Shown here: positions 1 through 8,748 of the stretch, piece by piece
Layout: every line of letters begins with the position of its first letter
Numbering within the stretch: position 1 is the first letter of the stretch
Virus record (IMG/VR): IMGVR_UViG_3300032731_000668
Location: 1-64,000 of that record
DNA length: 64,000 bases
Source of the DNA: a virus
Taxonomy: Duplodnaviria > Heunggongvirae > Uroviricota > Caudoviricetes
Direction: 5' to 3' (one strand)
Made by a program: the position numbers and the translations under genes
The notes under the pieces: model-generated
What the model was told of the DNA's origin: nothing
What the model saw: only the letters and a program-made list of their open reading frames with translations
The model's database searches: none

Positions 1-65
1 GAGCCCTTCCCCAGAGTGAGCCCTTCCCCAGAGTGAGCCCTTCCCCAGAGTGAGCCCTTCCCCAG
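1..65. repeat. GC-rich 17-nt tandem repeat gagcccttccccagagt, 3 full copies plus a partial fourth
   Basis: Direct reading of contiguous identical units at the window start; GC-rich in an AT-rich context. Confidence 0.9.
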
Positions 66-69
66 AACA

Positions 70-118
70 AGTTAACACGCAGAACACGCAGAACAAGCAG
101 AACAAGCCAGAACACAAA
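70..118. repeat. degenerate 9-nt tandem repeats (aacacgcag / aacaagcag units)
   Basis: Visible short repeats directly after the 17-mer array. Confidence 0.5.
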
Positions 119-217
119 AATTAACAGCCCTTAAAATCGGTTGTAAGCGGTTTAAAATAGATCGTTGATATAGAATACCCTTAAAAACATGACCTTTAAA
201 AAATCCATTTTTTACCC

Positions 218-246
218 TTGACAAAAAAACAAAAATACTTTAAAAT
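218..246 (+). promoter_or_regulatory. sigma70-like promoter TTGACA-17-TAAAAT
   Basis: TTGACA at 218-223, 17-nt spacer, TAAAAT at 241-246, upstream of CDS 277. Confidence 0.55.
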
Positions 247-276
247 CATTTTTAACGAATCAAGGAAATATAAAAA

Positions 277-474
277 ATGGTTATAAAAAAGAAAATTTTT
301 AAATTGTCAGAGATCAAAAAATATATAACAGATTTTAAAACTTATACGAACGAAAAAATCCCCTCATGGGTTGAATTGCAGGATAACGGTTCTAATAGTT
401 ATAGCGTGTTTGATTGTGTTAATGGTTGTGTTTTTCAGATCGGATACCTTAAAACAAACAAAAAATTATTTTAA
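277..474 (+). CDS. hypothetical small protein (65 aa)
   Basis: ORF with AAGGAA RBS 8 nt upstream; no recognisable domain. Confidence 0.5.
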   Translation: MVIKKKIFKLSEIKKYITDFKTYTNEKIPSWVELQDNGSNSYSVFDCVNGCVFQIGYLKTNKKLF

Positions 475-730
475 CAGAACAAAAAAAGGAAAAAATGGAT
501 AATATAGCTGACAATTACAATAACAAAATTATTAAATGCTATCATCATGATAGTAATACAATTTATGAATTAATAAAAAATGATACAGGGGATATTATGT
601 TAATCTTAATTGCAACGGTGAAAGAACAATTATAATAAAATTCCCCTCATATAACATCGCAGAAAGTACATCATATTTTTTTGCTATTCTATTTTGGGAT
701 GCATTAATTAAAAAAGGGGTAAAATAAAAG

Positions 731-772
731 CGGGAAGATTTTTACGGGAAGATTTTTACGGGAAGATTTTTA
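731..772. repeat. 14-nt tandem repeat cgggaagattttta x3
   Basis: Three contiguous identical units upstream of CDS 798; iteron-like. Confidence 0.85.
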
Positions 773-797
773 ATATAACTAAAAGGAAAATTATAAC

Positions 798-1091
798 ATG
801 GATAATATAAAATTAGAGGGTTATACAATTAACAAAAATAAAATTAAAACTATTAATGTAACTGGAGGTTTTGAAGATATAACGGCAGTGGTAGATCAAC
901 CAGTTAGAGCGATATACTCAAGCAGATTTTATAGCGTAATAATAAGAATTAAAGATCGAGATTGTTTATCAGATTTAGAATTTTCAAACAAAGAAAATGC
1001 TGAAACCATGATAAAATACTTAACAGATCAAAATATTAGAATTATGGGTGAAAAATCCATAACAAAATATAAAAATGAATATTATCAATAA
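798..1091 (+). CDS. hypothetical protein (97 aa)
   Basis: ORF with AAAAGGAAAA RBS; no recognisable domain. Confidence 0.55.
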   Translation: MDNIKLEGYTINKNKIKTINVTGGFEDITAVVDQPVRAIYSSRFYSVIIRIKDRDCLSDLEFSNKENAETMIKYLTDQNIRIMGEKSITKYKNEYYQ

Positions 1092-1118
1092 TAACTGATT
1101 TAAAAAGGAGAACAAAAA

Positions 1119-1382
1119 ATGTCTGAACAAGAAAAAGTATATAATTTTCAAGAATACATTAACAGATCGCCAAAGAATCAACCTGTAAGAATAACTGAAG
1201 AAGTTTTTGATTATTTTTTGGGTGTTCTTCCACCTGTAAGTATGGGGAAAACAATTAAGTTAAATGGTAGAATACAAAAAACATCTTTTGAATTTGCTGA
1301 AGGCTGGGAAAAGACAACAGCTTTTTGGCAAGTCGGAGAAAAATTTTATGCTCAAAAAACAAACAGAACGAATAGAAGTTAA
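1119..1382 (+). CDS. hypothetical protein (87 aa)
   Basis: ORF with AAAGGAG RBS. Confidence 0.55.
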   Translation: MSEQEKVYNFQEYINRSPKNQPVRITEEVFDYFLGVLPPVSMGKTIKLNGRIQKTSFEFAEGWEKTTAFWQVGEKFYAQKTNRTNRS

Positions 1383-1575
1383 TAAAAAAATTAAGCCAAT
1401 AAAAAAAGGAAAATAAATTATGATAACATTAATAAATTTGCCTCTAATAAACTTATATCTGAATGCAAGAAAAGAAATAACGGCTTTAGGTTATTGCGAA
1501 GCAAACGCAAAACAATACAGAAAATTAACAAACGCATTGTTCGTATTAACAAATCAATTTGTATAATTTGTATAT

Positions 1576-1603
1576 AGATAGAGGATTTTTTAATCCTCTA
1601 TCT
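1576..1603 (+). terminator. candidate hairpin terminator (12-bp perfect stem agatagaggatt/aatcctctatct, tttt loop)
   Basis: Perfect inverted repeat followed by tt; AT-rich stem so the terminator role is uncertain. Confidence 0.4.
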
Positions 1604-1638
1604 TTAGGATAAAATTATAAATAAAAGGAATATAAATT

Positions 1639-1890
1639 ATGAAGAAAAAAGAAAGCATATACCATATTGGAGTATGTATCAAGAACAAACAAACATTAAC
1701 GGTACAAGCGAGAAAATCAAAAGATTTTTTATCATGCGAATTAATTGATTATTACGGTGAACATATAACAACCAAAAAAGGGTTGAAAAACCGATTGACT
1801 TCAACAGTTAAAAAATCAATTTTACAAGATTATAATAATCGGTTTGCAGACAATAAACAATACAATTTTAAATATATTCAAATTGATTGA
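1639..1890 (+). CDS. hypothetical protein (83 aa)
   Basis: ORF with AAAAGGAA RBS. Confidence 0.55.
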   Translation: MKKKESIYHIGVCIKNKQTLTVQARKSKDFLSCELIDYYGEHITTKKGLKNRLTSTVKKSILQDYNNRFADNKQYNFKYIQID

Positions 1891-1913
1891 ATAGTAAAAA
1901 AGGAATAACTTAA

Positions 1914-2132
1914 ATGGATAATAAATACAACAATAAATTATACAGAATAACACATAAAACGGGGCGGTGCAGAAGCGGTGCAGATAAAACGGGAGTTATA
2001 ACACATGCGGTTATTGGAAATAATGCTATCTGTGGTCAGAATCCAAAAAAAAGATCGGGTTGGTCAGATAACATTGATAAAATAATCACTTGCAAAAAAT
2101 GCTTAAAAATATTAGAAAAGGAAAATAATTAA
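1914..2132 (+). CDS. hypothetical Cys-containing small protein (72 aa)
   Basis: ORF with AAAAGGAA RBS; CRSG...CGQN...CKKC pattern suggests a zinc ribbon. Confidence 0.5.
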   Translation: MDNKYNNKLYRITHKTGRCRSGADKTGVITHAVIGNNAICGQNPKKRSGWSDNIDKIITCKKCLKILEKENN

Positions 2133-2480
2133 ATGGATAACATTGAAAAAATAAATAACATTGAAAGAATGAATAAAGGCAAGTTAAATAAATCTCTTGA
2201 TCGTAAATACAGATTTTCAACAGGTGTAATGCCCTTGCGTGATTATCTCGAATCAAAAATATGGGTTAGCAAAACAACGTATATAACTAACACAAGCAAA
2301 AAACGTATAAATCTTGAATATAAACAAACAATTGATAAACGCACATATACTTTATGGGATGAGTCTGATATCGGTACAGAAGTTCCAAAAATGGTATATG
2401 ATACCTATAACATACCAGAAAAAATAAAAGATAATCGAATCAAACACGAAAAACTTTTAAATTGGCAATCGTTTAGATAA
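2133..2480 (+). CDS. hypothetical protein (115 aa)
   Basis: ORF start adjacent to the previous stop; GGAAAA RBS. Confidence 0.55.
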   Translation: MDNIEKINNIERMNKGKLNKSLDRKYRFSTGVMPLRDYLESKIWVSKTTYITNTSKKRINLEYKQTIDKRTYTLWDESDIGTEVPKMVYDTYNIPEKIKDNRIKHEKLLNWQSFR

Positions 2481-2490
2481 AACAGGCAAA

Positions 2491-2560
2491 ATATACCTAT
2501 ACGCAAGCACAGGATTGAATCTAACAGGTTTAAAAAGGCACATTGATATATAATGACCTT
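2491..2560 (+). repeat. 70-nt intergenic repeat, copy 1 (promoter-like, contains TGaTATATAAT)
   Basis: About 85% identical to 2866-2935; directly follows a stop codon and contains an extended -10-like TGnTATATAAT. Confidence 0.7.
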
Positions 2561-2620
2561 AAATAATTTTAAAACTGTTAGAACAAACAAACAGGTAGAA
2601 AAATAAAAGGAATAACAAAA

Positions 2621-2866
2621 ATGTATAAATACAAGAAAATTGAAACAGCTATTAAACACGAAAAAAATAAATTAATTATTCGTGTAAACAAAAAAGGAAT
2701 TTATGAAAATTTTGGTCAGAAAGAAGTTAGAAAAATTGGGGATCAATATATTGATAATTCATCATATACGGATGAAACGAACAAACAAAGGGATCAATTA
2801 AGAAATTTTAATAACTGGTGCATGACCTATAACGGAAAAGATCAAACACATAAAAACTGGATATAA
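2621..2866 (+). CDS. hypothetical protein (81 aa)
   Basis: ORF with AAAAGGAA RBS. Confidence 0.55.
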   Translation: MYKYKKIETAIKHEKNKLIIRVNKKGIYENFGQKEVRKIGDQYIDNSSYTDETNKQRDQLRNFNNWCMTYNGKDQTHKNWI

Positions 2867-2935
2867 TATACCTATACGCAAGCATAGAATCAAGTCTAAC
2901 AGGTTTAAAACGTACCATTGATATAGAATGACCTT
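2866..2935 (+). repeat. 70-nt intergenic repeat, copy 2
   Basis: Shares atatacctatacgcaagca...tctaacaggtttaaaa...cattgatata.aatgacctt with copy 1; a partial third copy lies at 3523-3547. Confidence 0.7.
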
Positions 2936-3169
2936 TTATAAACAACAAATCATTAGAAATAAAATTCAGGTAGAGAAAACAAAAAGGAATAGAAAAATGA
3001 CTGATAATCAAGAGAATAAATTAAAAAGCAAGGTTGAACAAGTATTAAAATTCAAGATCAAGAATTTTAACAAATTTTATGATTAGTCAGTTTTTCAGAA
3101 AATTTAAAAACGTGGTCAGTAAATATTTATATCGAAAAATAAATCTCATATAACTTAAAAGGAATTACA

Positions 3170-3436
3170 ATGCCAAAAATTCAAGAATCAAGTTACAACA
3201 ATTTTAACGAATATAACGAATACGAAAATGCTTGCAGTAATACAGATCAAATACCTATGCAATATATTTTTAACAAAAAACCAGATTTAAAAAAATTGCT
3301 TCAAGGTTTATACATTGGTGAGAAAAACACATCAAGGAATTGGAAAGAGATTATAAATGATTTATTTTTAGGGTTTGAAATAAATTTTACAGATCAAGAA
3401 AATAATAATTATTTTGTTAGGATCATTACAAGTTGA
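3170..3436 (+). CDS. hypothetical protein (88 aa)
   Basis: ORF with AAAAGGAA RBS. Confidence 0.55.
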   Translation: MPKIQESSYNNFNEYNEYENACSNTDQIPMQYIFNKKPDLKKLLQGLYIGEKNTSRNWKEIINDLFLGFEINFTDQENNNYFVRIITS

Positions 3437-3567
3437 ACCTTAAAAAATCGGATAAAATGCTTCTTTTATCGTGTTTTTATATGATTTTTGACACTATAAA
3501 ATCAATTCTAACCAATAAAAAACAGTATATTGATAGAATATGACCTTAAAAGAAAAAAACTTATTAG

Positions 3568-3790
3568 AGATAATGTCAGACAATAAAAACAATAAATATA
3601 ATAATTGTTATAAAAAATATAATAACTTTAAAAGATTGTCAGACAAAAATCTTAAGAAATTAGACTTTTTAAGATAAGGGTATTGACAAAATGAAATTAT
3701 TATGAGTGGAAGTAAAATAAATGCAAAAAAAGATTGTCAGACAATTACCTTAAATTATCCGATTTTTTAAGGTTGAGGGATTGACAAGAA
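3568..3790 (+). promoter_or_regulatory. non-coding regulatory region with three GTCAGACAA boxes and two duplicated hairpin + TTGACA modules
   Basis: No ORF between 3437 and 3948. Repeated (g)attgtcagacaa at about 3571, 3634 and 3731, each followed by an inverted repeat (cttaaga.. / ccttaaa..tttaagg) and gggtattgacaa / gggattgacaa. Confidence 0.5.
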
Positions 3791-3809
3791 ATTTTTTAAA
3801 TGTTAAAAT
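3781..3809 (+). promoter_or_regulatory. sigma70-like promoter TTGACA-17-TAAAAT
   Basis: TTGACA 3781-3786, TAAAAT 3804-3809; upstream of CDS 3949. Confidence 0.55.
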
Positions 3810-3948
3810 TTAATGGTAAGCAAAACCAGAACATTAAAATGAAAGGAAAATAAAAAATGAAAAAATGTCCTATATGATCCAGTAACTAATGAGATAGAAA
3901 TCGGGCGTGATATTGTAATTAAAGTAATATATAAAGGAAAAAAATAAA

Positions 3949-4227
3949 ATGAATACTACAAATAAAACAAACAATATAAACCATTTAAACAATGTTCATA
4001 ATTGGTTGGGGGATTTAACAGGTGAGATTGAAAAAGGAATAAATACTATTGATGAAGATTTTATAAAATATAGCAATGGTAATTGTGATGATGAAAAATC
4101 TCATAATGAAAGAGTATTGCAATCGCAATTTAATATTTTTATTATCAATTCAGAAGCATTAAGGGATAGTATTAATGAAATTCAAAGTAATATCATTGAA
4201 GTTATCGGAGAGATCGAATCGGCATAA
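3949..4227 (+). CDS. hypothetical protein (92 aa)
   Basis: ORF with AAAGGAAAAAA RBS. Confidence 0.55.
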   Translation: MNTTNKTNNINHLNNVHNWLGDLTGEIEKGINTIDEDFIKYSNGNCDDEKSHNERVLQSQFNIFIINSEALRDSINEIQSNIIEVIGEIESA

Positions 4228-4588
4228 CAGAAAACCAAATAAAAGGAAAAAATGGAATTAGCAATTAATTATAAACACTTTAAAAGATTTTTTTGTATCA
4301 AGTTTACTAAAAATCCTTGTAGTTATCTATTCTTTCATCAGGATGGAGTATTTAACAATAAGATATATTTAAATGAATTTTGGCGGTAAAATAAAAGGAA
4401 TAATACTATGATGAACAATAACATAAAAACCTATAACAGATTTTATACTATTGTATCAAGTATATTTATAGTGATAGCAATTATATTAAAAATCTTTTTA
4501 GGATAATTTAAGGTTTGCGTAGGATAACAGAACAGTATTAATGATATACTAAAATAAGATACAATAACAGATAAAAGGGCAACAGAAA

Positions 4589-4777
4589 ATGACTAAACAA
4601 GAATTAATCAAGGAACAAGAAAGATTAAAAATCTTAAAAGATTTTATGTTTGAAATCGAAAATGCTCTTGGGTTTGGGCGTATGTGCGAAAAAGATGATA
4701 AAATAATTCATGATTGGTGCAATTCTAAACGTAAAGAAATGAAAAAAAGAATCGAAGAAATATTTTTTGAATTATAA
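4589..4777 (+). CDS. hypothetical protein (62 aa)
   Basis: ORF with AAAAGGG RBS. Confidence 0.5.
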   Translation: MTKQELIKEQERLKILKDFMFEIENALGFGRMCEKDDKIIHDWCNSKRKEMKKRIEEIFFEL

Positions 4778-5066
4778 AAAGGAAAACATGAATAAAGAAA
4801 AAACTTATATTTTTCATAGTGATAGTGGGCATGGTTGGTTAGCAGTAAAGCGAGAAGAATTAATCGAATTGAATATAGAAACCGAAATATCTCAATTCAG
4901 TTTTGAAAAAGGCAAAACAATTTATCTTGAAGAAGATCGAGATTTAACAATATTTTTTATAACATTCAGACAAAAATACGGTCATGATCCTATTTTCAGA
5001 GAATCATATATAGATGGAAGATCACCCATTAGAAGCTATGAAATTTATCAAAACAAATATTTTTAA
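4767..5066 (+). CDS. hypothetical protein (99 aa)
   Basis: ORF with AAAAGGAAAA RBS; overlaps the previous stop. Confidence 0.55.
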   Translation: MNYKKENMNKEKTYIFHSDSGHGWLAVKREELIELNIETEISQFSFEKGKTIYLEEDRDLTIFFITFRQKYGHDPIFRESYIDGRSPIRSYEIYQNKYF

Positions 5067-5081
5067 AAGGAATATAAAAAT

Positions 5082-5291
5082 ATGGTAACAGTAATGAATT
5101 TATGTACTGGTGAAAAAACTATATACAGTTGTGAACCATTGATGGCGGTAATTTGCGCTTATGCTCAGAAACAGAAAAAAGATTTTAGTACATGGGATTA
5201 TAAAAGAAAATATCAATCATTAGTACAAAAAAGTAAATTAACTTTTTTATGTGGTGATTTTTCCGCATTCAAAGATGGCAGAATGTTTTAA
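5082..5291 (+). CDS. hypothetical protein (69 aa)
   Basis: ORF with AAAAGGAA RBS. Confidence 0.5.
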   Translation: MVTVMNLCTGEKTIYSCEPLMAVICAYAQKQKKDFSTWDYKRKYQSLVQKSKLTFLCGDFSAFKDGRMF

Positions 5292-5318
5292 TAAATTTTA
5301 TAAAGGAAAACATATAAA

Positions 5319-5582
5319 ATGAACGTTATGGATAAAGAGTTAAAAGAAATTGGTCAGAACAGAAACACGTTATTATCATTGAACACAACGTTAAAAAATG
5401 ATCTTGATAATAGCGCAAATATATGGCGTGTACCTTATAAAGGATGGCGTTTATGCTTTTTTGGAGATACAGATCAACAGAACACAGCCAAATACGTAGT
5501 TTGTTGGTTGGGATTGGGATCATTATCTGACTGGTTTATTGATTATGATAATCAAATTAAAATTGCATTAGATAATAAGTAA
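5319..5582 (+). CDS. hypothetical protein (87 aa)
   Basis: ORF with AAAGGAAAA RBS. Confidence 0.55.
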   Translation: MNVMDKELKEIGQNRNTLLSLNTTLKNDLDNSANIWRVPYKGWRLCFFGDTDQQNTAKYVVCWLGLGSLSDWFIDYDNQIKIALDNK

Positions 5583-5595
5583 AGGAATAAATAAC

Positions 5596-5826
5596 ATGAA
5601 TCCACGAAAATTATCTAACATAGAAATATTTACGTTGCCCGATAAATGGAAAATAGGAAATTCTATCGGTTGGGAAAATCCGAATGTAGATCAAAAAAAA
5701 TGTAAACCCTATGATTATCTATCTTTTTTTTATAGGGTATGGGAAGTAGATCAAGGCAGATATAAAACAAGTCAAAGAATCGGTAATTTATGCCAAAAAC
5801 ATAATAACAGATTTTATGTTGCATAA
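5596..5826 (+). CDS. hypothetical protein (76 aa)
   Basis: ORF with AAAGGAA RBS. Confidence 0.5.
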   Translation: MNPRKLSNIEIFTLPDKWKIGNSIGWENPNVDQKKCKPYDYLSFFYRVWEVDQGRYKTSQRIGNLCQKHNNRFYVA

Positions 5827-5838
5827 AGGAATAACAGA

Positions 5839-6006
5839 ATGACGGTTGGAGAATATAAAAATAAGTGTAGTGATTGTAAGAAGAAAAAAGAATCTCATCT
5901 TTACCCTTTTATGGTAGACAAAAAATGGGTTTGGTTATGTAAAGAATGTTGGAATCGTATAACCGATAATGAAGATCGAATAAATAAGGAAAAACAGAAT
6001 GAATAA
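5839..6006 (+). CDS. small CxxC...CxxC zinc-ribbon-like protein (55 aa)
   Basis: ORF below the track cutoff, AAAGGAA RBS; CSDC...CKEC pairs. Confidence 0.4.
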   Translation: MTVGEYKNKCSDCKKKKESHLYPFMVDKKWVWLCKECWNRITDNEDRINKEKQNE

Positions 6007-6184
6007 ACTACCAGAAGTATTAAAACAAGCAATTAGATCATACAGTTTTTTGATGAATAAAAATTCTTTTACCGTCAAGGAATTAGCCGAAGCAATCGAA
6101 AAATATTACAAGGAACACAATTTGCATAGTGGCAAAAATATTGTTTGGGCTGATATATATAAGGATCATGTAATAAAAATCTAA
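5999..6184 (+). CDS. hypothetical protein (61 aa)
   Basis: ORF with AAGGAAAAA RBS. Confidence 0.5.
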   Translation: MNKLPEVLKQAIRSYSFLMNKNSFTVKELAEAIEKYYKEHNLHSGKNIVWADIYKDHVIKI

Positions 6185-6289
6185 AACCAAATAAAATTTA
6201 TAAAAGGATATAACAGAATGAATAATAAGGAAAAAGAAAAATATTATAGCGAATATGATTATGCGGATAGTTTTAAAGGATAAAATAAT

Positions 6290-6730
6290 ATGAGTAAAAA
6301 TAAAAACGCAATAACAGCAAATATGAATCCATGTTTGAAAAATTTTTCAAACTTGATGAATACTCCAGACAATAAATTTGATTGTAATATTGGCAAGTTT
6401 GGAATTGAAAAAGAAAAAAAATCACATTTAGTTAATAAAGAACCATTTTTAATTATTGGCACACAATTTTTTTATAATGGTAATATTGGGTATAGGGTGC
6501 TAAGAGAGAGCGATAAACATTTTTTTGGATCACCAGTATCATCAAACAATGTTATTTTTATTAGTAGTAATGAGTTAGACATACTACAAAAAAGATATAA
6601 AAATATCTATAATAGTTATTGTGAAGAAAATTATACTTATTGGAATAGAACAAAAAATAGGTGGGAAGAAAAAATCGGTAGAAGTAATTTATACGGAAAG
6701 CCAAGTAATCAAGGTAGAAGTACCAGATAA
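6290..6730 (+). CDS. hypothetical protein (146 aa); 3' end overlaps an alternative-frame ORF 6621-6836
   Basis: ORF with AAAGGA RBS; C-terminal part low-complexity and overlapped by a second ORF in another frame. Confidence 0.45.
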   Translation: MSKNKNAITANMNPCLKNFSNLMNTPDNKFDCNIGKFGIEKEKKSHLVNKEPFLIIGTQFFYNGNIGYRVLRESDKHFFGSPVSSNNVIFISSNELDILQKRYKNIYNSYCEENYTYWNRTKNRWEEKIGRSNLYGKPSNQGRSTR

Positions 6731-6859
6731 TTTAAAATTTGACGAAGAAAAAATTGCGAAATTGGCGTTTGATAAGTTTGACTATAAATATCAGAATGGT
6801 AATTTAATATATAATTATGTTGCAGAATCAGATTAAATAAGGAATAAAGGAAAACAAAA

Positions 6860-7870
6860 ATGAAAATGAATACGAAAGAATTGAAAAAAGCATTAATAAT
6901 TGTAGGGCAAGCAGTCGCAAAAAGAAATTCACTACCAATATTGCAAAATGTATTAATTACTGCAAATGAGAATGTTAAATTGACTTGTACTGATTTGGAA
7001 TTATGTATTGTTCAGAATGTTGTTTCTGAATACGGTATTCCTTTTAAAACAACGGTCAATTATAAAATGTTGAGAGATACAGTAAAATCAATCAAAAATG
7101 AAACTGTGTCAATCAATTTGATTGATGATGAGTTAGTTATTAACGATATGATTACTCTTGATACAATTCCAGAAAATGAATTTCCTCTTGTTGAAGTTGA
7201 GCAAGCGGTTGATAGTTTTAGAATTGATTTAAAAGCAATCAAAAGAATAATACATTGTAGTTCTAAAGATCAAGCCAGACCAACATTAAACGGAATGTTT
7301 TTAAATAATACAGAAATTTGTTGTACAGATGGATTTAGAGTTGCGAAGAATAAAAATGCAAGTAATTCAAAAAGCAAGTTAGTCATTCCAAACAGCGCAT
7401 TAAAAGCAATTAGCAAGTTGAAAACTGATTTTATTGACGCAATCACATATGATAATAAAATTCATGTGGTTTATAAAAGCGGTTATCTAATCGCTATGTT
7501 GATAGAAGGAAATTATCCAGATTATAATGTTATTTTTAAACAAGCCAAAAATGAATTTACGATGACAGCAGATAAGAACGAATTATTAAATGCGGTAGAT
7601 TTGTTAATTCCTGCCTTGAAAGCAGAAGATCAAGTTGTCATTAAATTGACTTTGGGAAATGATCTAACTATTGACAATAGAGAGGGTGGCAAAGTAAGTG
7701 TAAAAGCGGTTTGCAGTAATCCTCTTGTGATCGGTTTGAATTATCAATATTTTACAGAAGCGATAAAAGCGATTGACGGTGATTTAATTACTATGAAGTA
7801 TAATAAGTGTGATACACCTGTTTTATTCGATAATACAGAATTATTAATGCCTATGCACATAGAAATTTAA
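6860..7870 (+). CDS. dnaN: DNA polymerase III beta sliding clamp homolog (DnaN-like, 336 aa)
   Basis: N-terminal LPILQNVLITA...LTCTDLELCIV matches the bacterial DnaN LPILxNxLL...LxxTDLE signature; length fits a three-domain clamp. Confidence 0.8.
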   Translation: MKMNTKELKKALIIVGQAVAKRNSLPILQNVLITANENVKLTCTDLELCIVQNVVSEYGIPFKTTVNYKMLRDTVKSIKNETVSINLIDDELVINDMITLDTIPENEFPLVEVEQAVDSFRIDLKAIKRIIHCSSKDQARPTLNGMFLNNTEICCTDGFRVAKNKNASNSKSKLVIPNSALKAISKLKTDFIDAITYDNKIHVVYKSGYLIAMLIEGNYPDYNVIFKQAKNEFTMTADKNELLNAVDLLIPALKAEDQVVIKLTLGNDLTIDNREGGKVSVKAVCSNPLVIGLNYQYFTEAIKAIDGDLITMKYNKCDTPVLFDNTELLMPMHIEI

Positions 7871-7927
7871 GGTTTGCGTAGGTTGACTTAACAGGAAGCA
7901 TGATAGAATATTTAAAGGAAAATAAGA

Positions 7928-8092
7928 ATGGAAATCAATAAAATTTGTCCAAACTGTAAAACAGTAATGTTATGTTATGATGATTTTCATGAAACATTCT
8001 CACACTCTGAATATGATGAAACAATACCACATCATTTATATTGTCCAAAGTGCGGAAAAAGAATAAACTTGAAAAGAAATAAAGGAAAATAA
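7928..8092 (+). CDS. small zinc-ribbon protein (54 aa; CPNC...CPKC)
   Basis: ORF with AAAGGAAAA RBS; two CxxC pairs. Confidence 0.4.
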   Translation: MEINKICPNCKTVMLCYDDFHETFSHSEYDETIPHHLYCPKCGKRINLKRNKGK

Positions 8093-8095
8093 ATT

Positions 8096-8362
8096 ATGTC
8101 GAATAAGACCTTTAAGTTACCCATTGATGAAAAATACATTCTGGCTGTGCAAATGGTATCCAATATGCGTAAATCATTCTGGATTTGGGATAAAGATGAA
8201 AGTTTGTTTGAAAGCGATACTTTAGTACGAATTGATACAAATCAAGATAGAATAATATACGTACACTTTTGTTCGGTGGAAAGTATTGACATCATTATTG
8301 AAAGTATTAAACAAATGCACTTTGTAAATAATCAACTATTATATGAATTAATGATGAGATAA
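8096..8362 (+). CDS. hypothetical protein (88 aa)
   Basis: ORF with GGAAAA RBS. Confidence 0.55.
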   Translation: MSNKTFKLPIDEKYILAVQMVSNMRKSFWIWDKDESLFESDTLVRIDTNQDRIIYVHFCSVESIDIIIESIKQMHFVNNQLLYELMMR

Positions 8363-8522
8363 ATAAATAAAATGTCCTTAGAAAAAGCTAAACGCAGAAG
8401 TAAAAAATATCGCAAGAAAAGATATGGTATGCGAATATCTAATAAGGGCATATTTTTGTTGGAAGAAATTAAAAAGAAAAGAGCCGATAGAATTAAAAGG
8501 AAAAAGAAAAGGAAAAAATAAA

Positions 8523-8732
8523 ATGTTATTAAAAATTGATGTAAATAGAGAAGATATTTTGATGAATAAAAAAGGTAGAATTGTTATTAAACTAAATTAT
8601 TATAGTGAGTTTTCTATTGGCGCACATTTGGCTACGGTAAAAGGAAGAACATTAGAAGATTTTGAAAACAACAACATGAGTTATGGCAAAAGTCTTTTTG
8701 TCGGTCAAAATGGTGGTATTTCAGTTAAATAA
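8523..8732 (+). CDS. hypothetical protein (start moved to the internal ATG that has a strong RBS)
   Basis: AAAGGAAAAAA RBS precedes ATG 8523; the longer track ORF 8424 lacks an RBS. Confidence 0.45.
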   Translation: MLLKIDVNREDILMNKKGRIVIKLNYYSEFSIGAHLATVKGRTLEDFENNNMSYGKSLFVGQNGGISVK

Positions 8733-8748
8733 CGCAAAGGAAAATAAA

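Noticed and set aside
1-118. CRISPR array at the window start
   Set aside because: The repeat units are contiguous with no spacers between them, so this is a simple tandem repeat, not a CRISPR array.
2405-2659. Minus-strand ORFs in the track (for example 2405-2659, 2808-3011, 5326-5523, 7060-7242, 10129-10365, 12893-13153, 19121-19453, 33626-33853, 53147-53488 and others)
   Set aside because: All lie antisense inside better-supported + strand genes, have no SD-like RBS and are AT-rich low-complexity translations. Only 21779-21967 (-) sits in a gap free of + ORFs and has an RBS.
3683-3711. Promoter at the first gggtattgacaa module
   Set aside because: The TTGACA is present but no acceptable -10 hexamer lies 16-18 nt downstream. 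It is kept only as part of the regulatory region.
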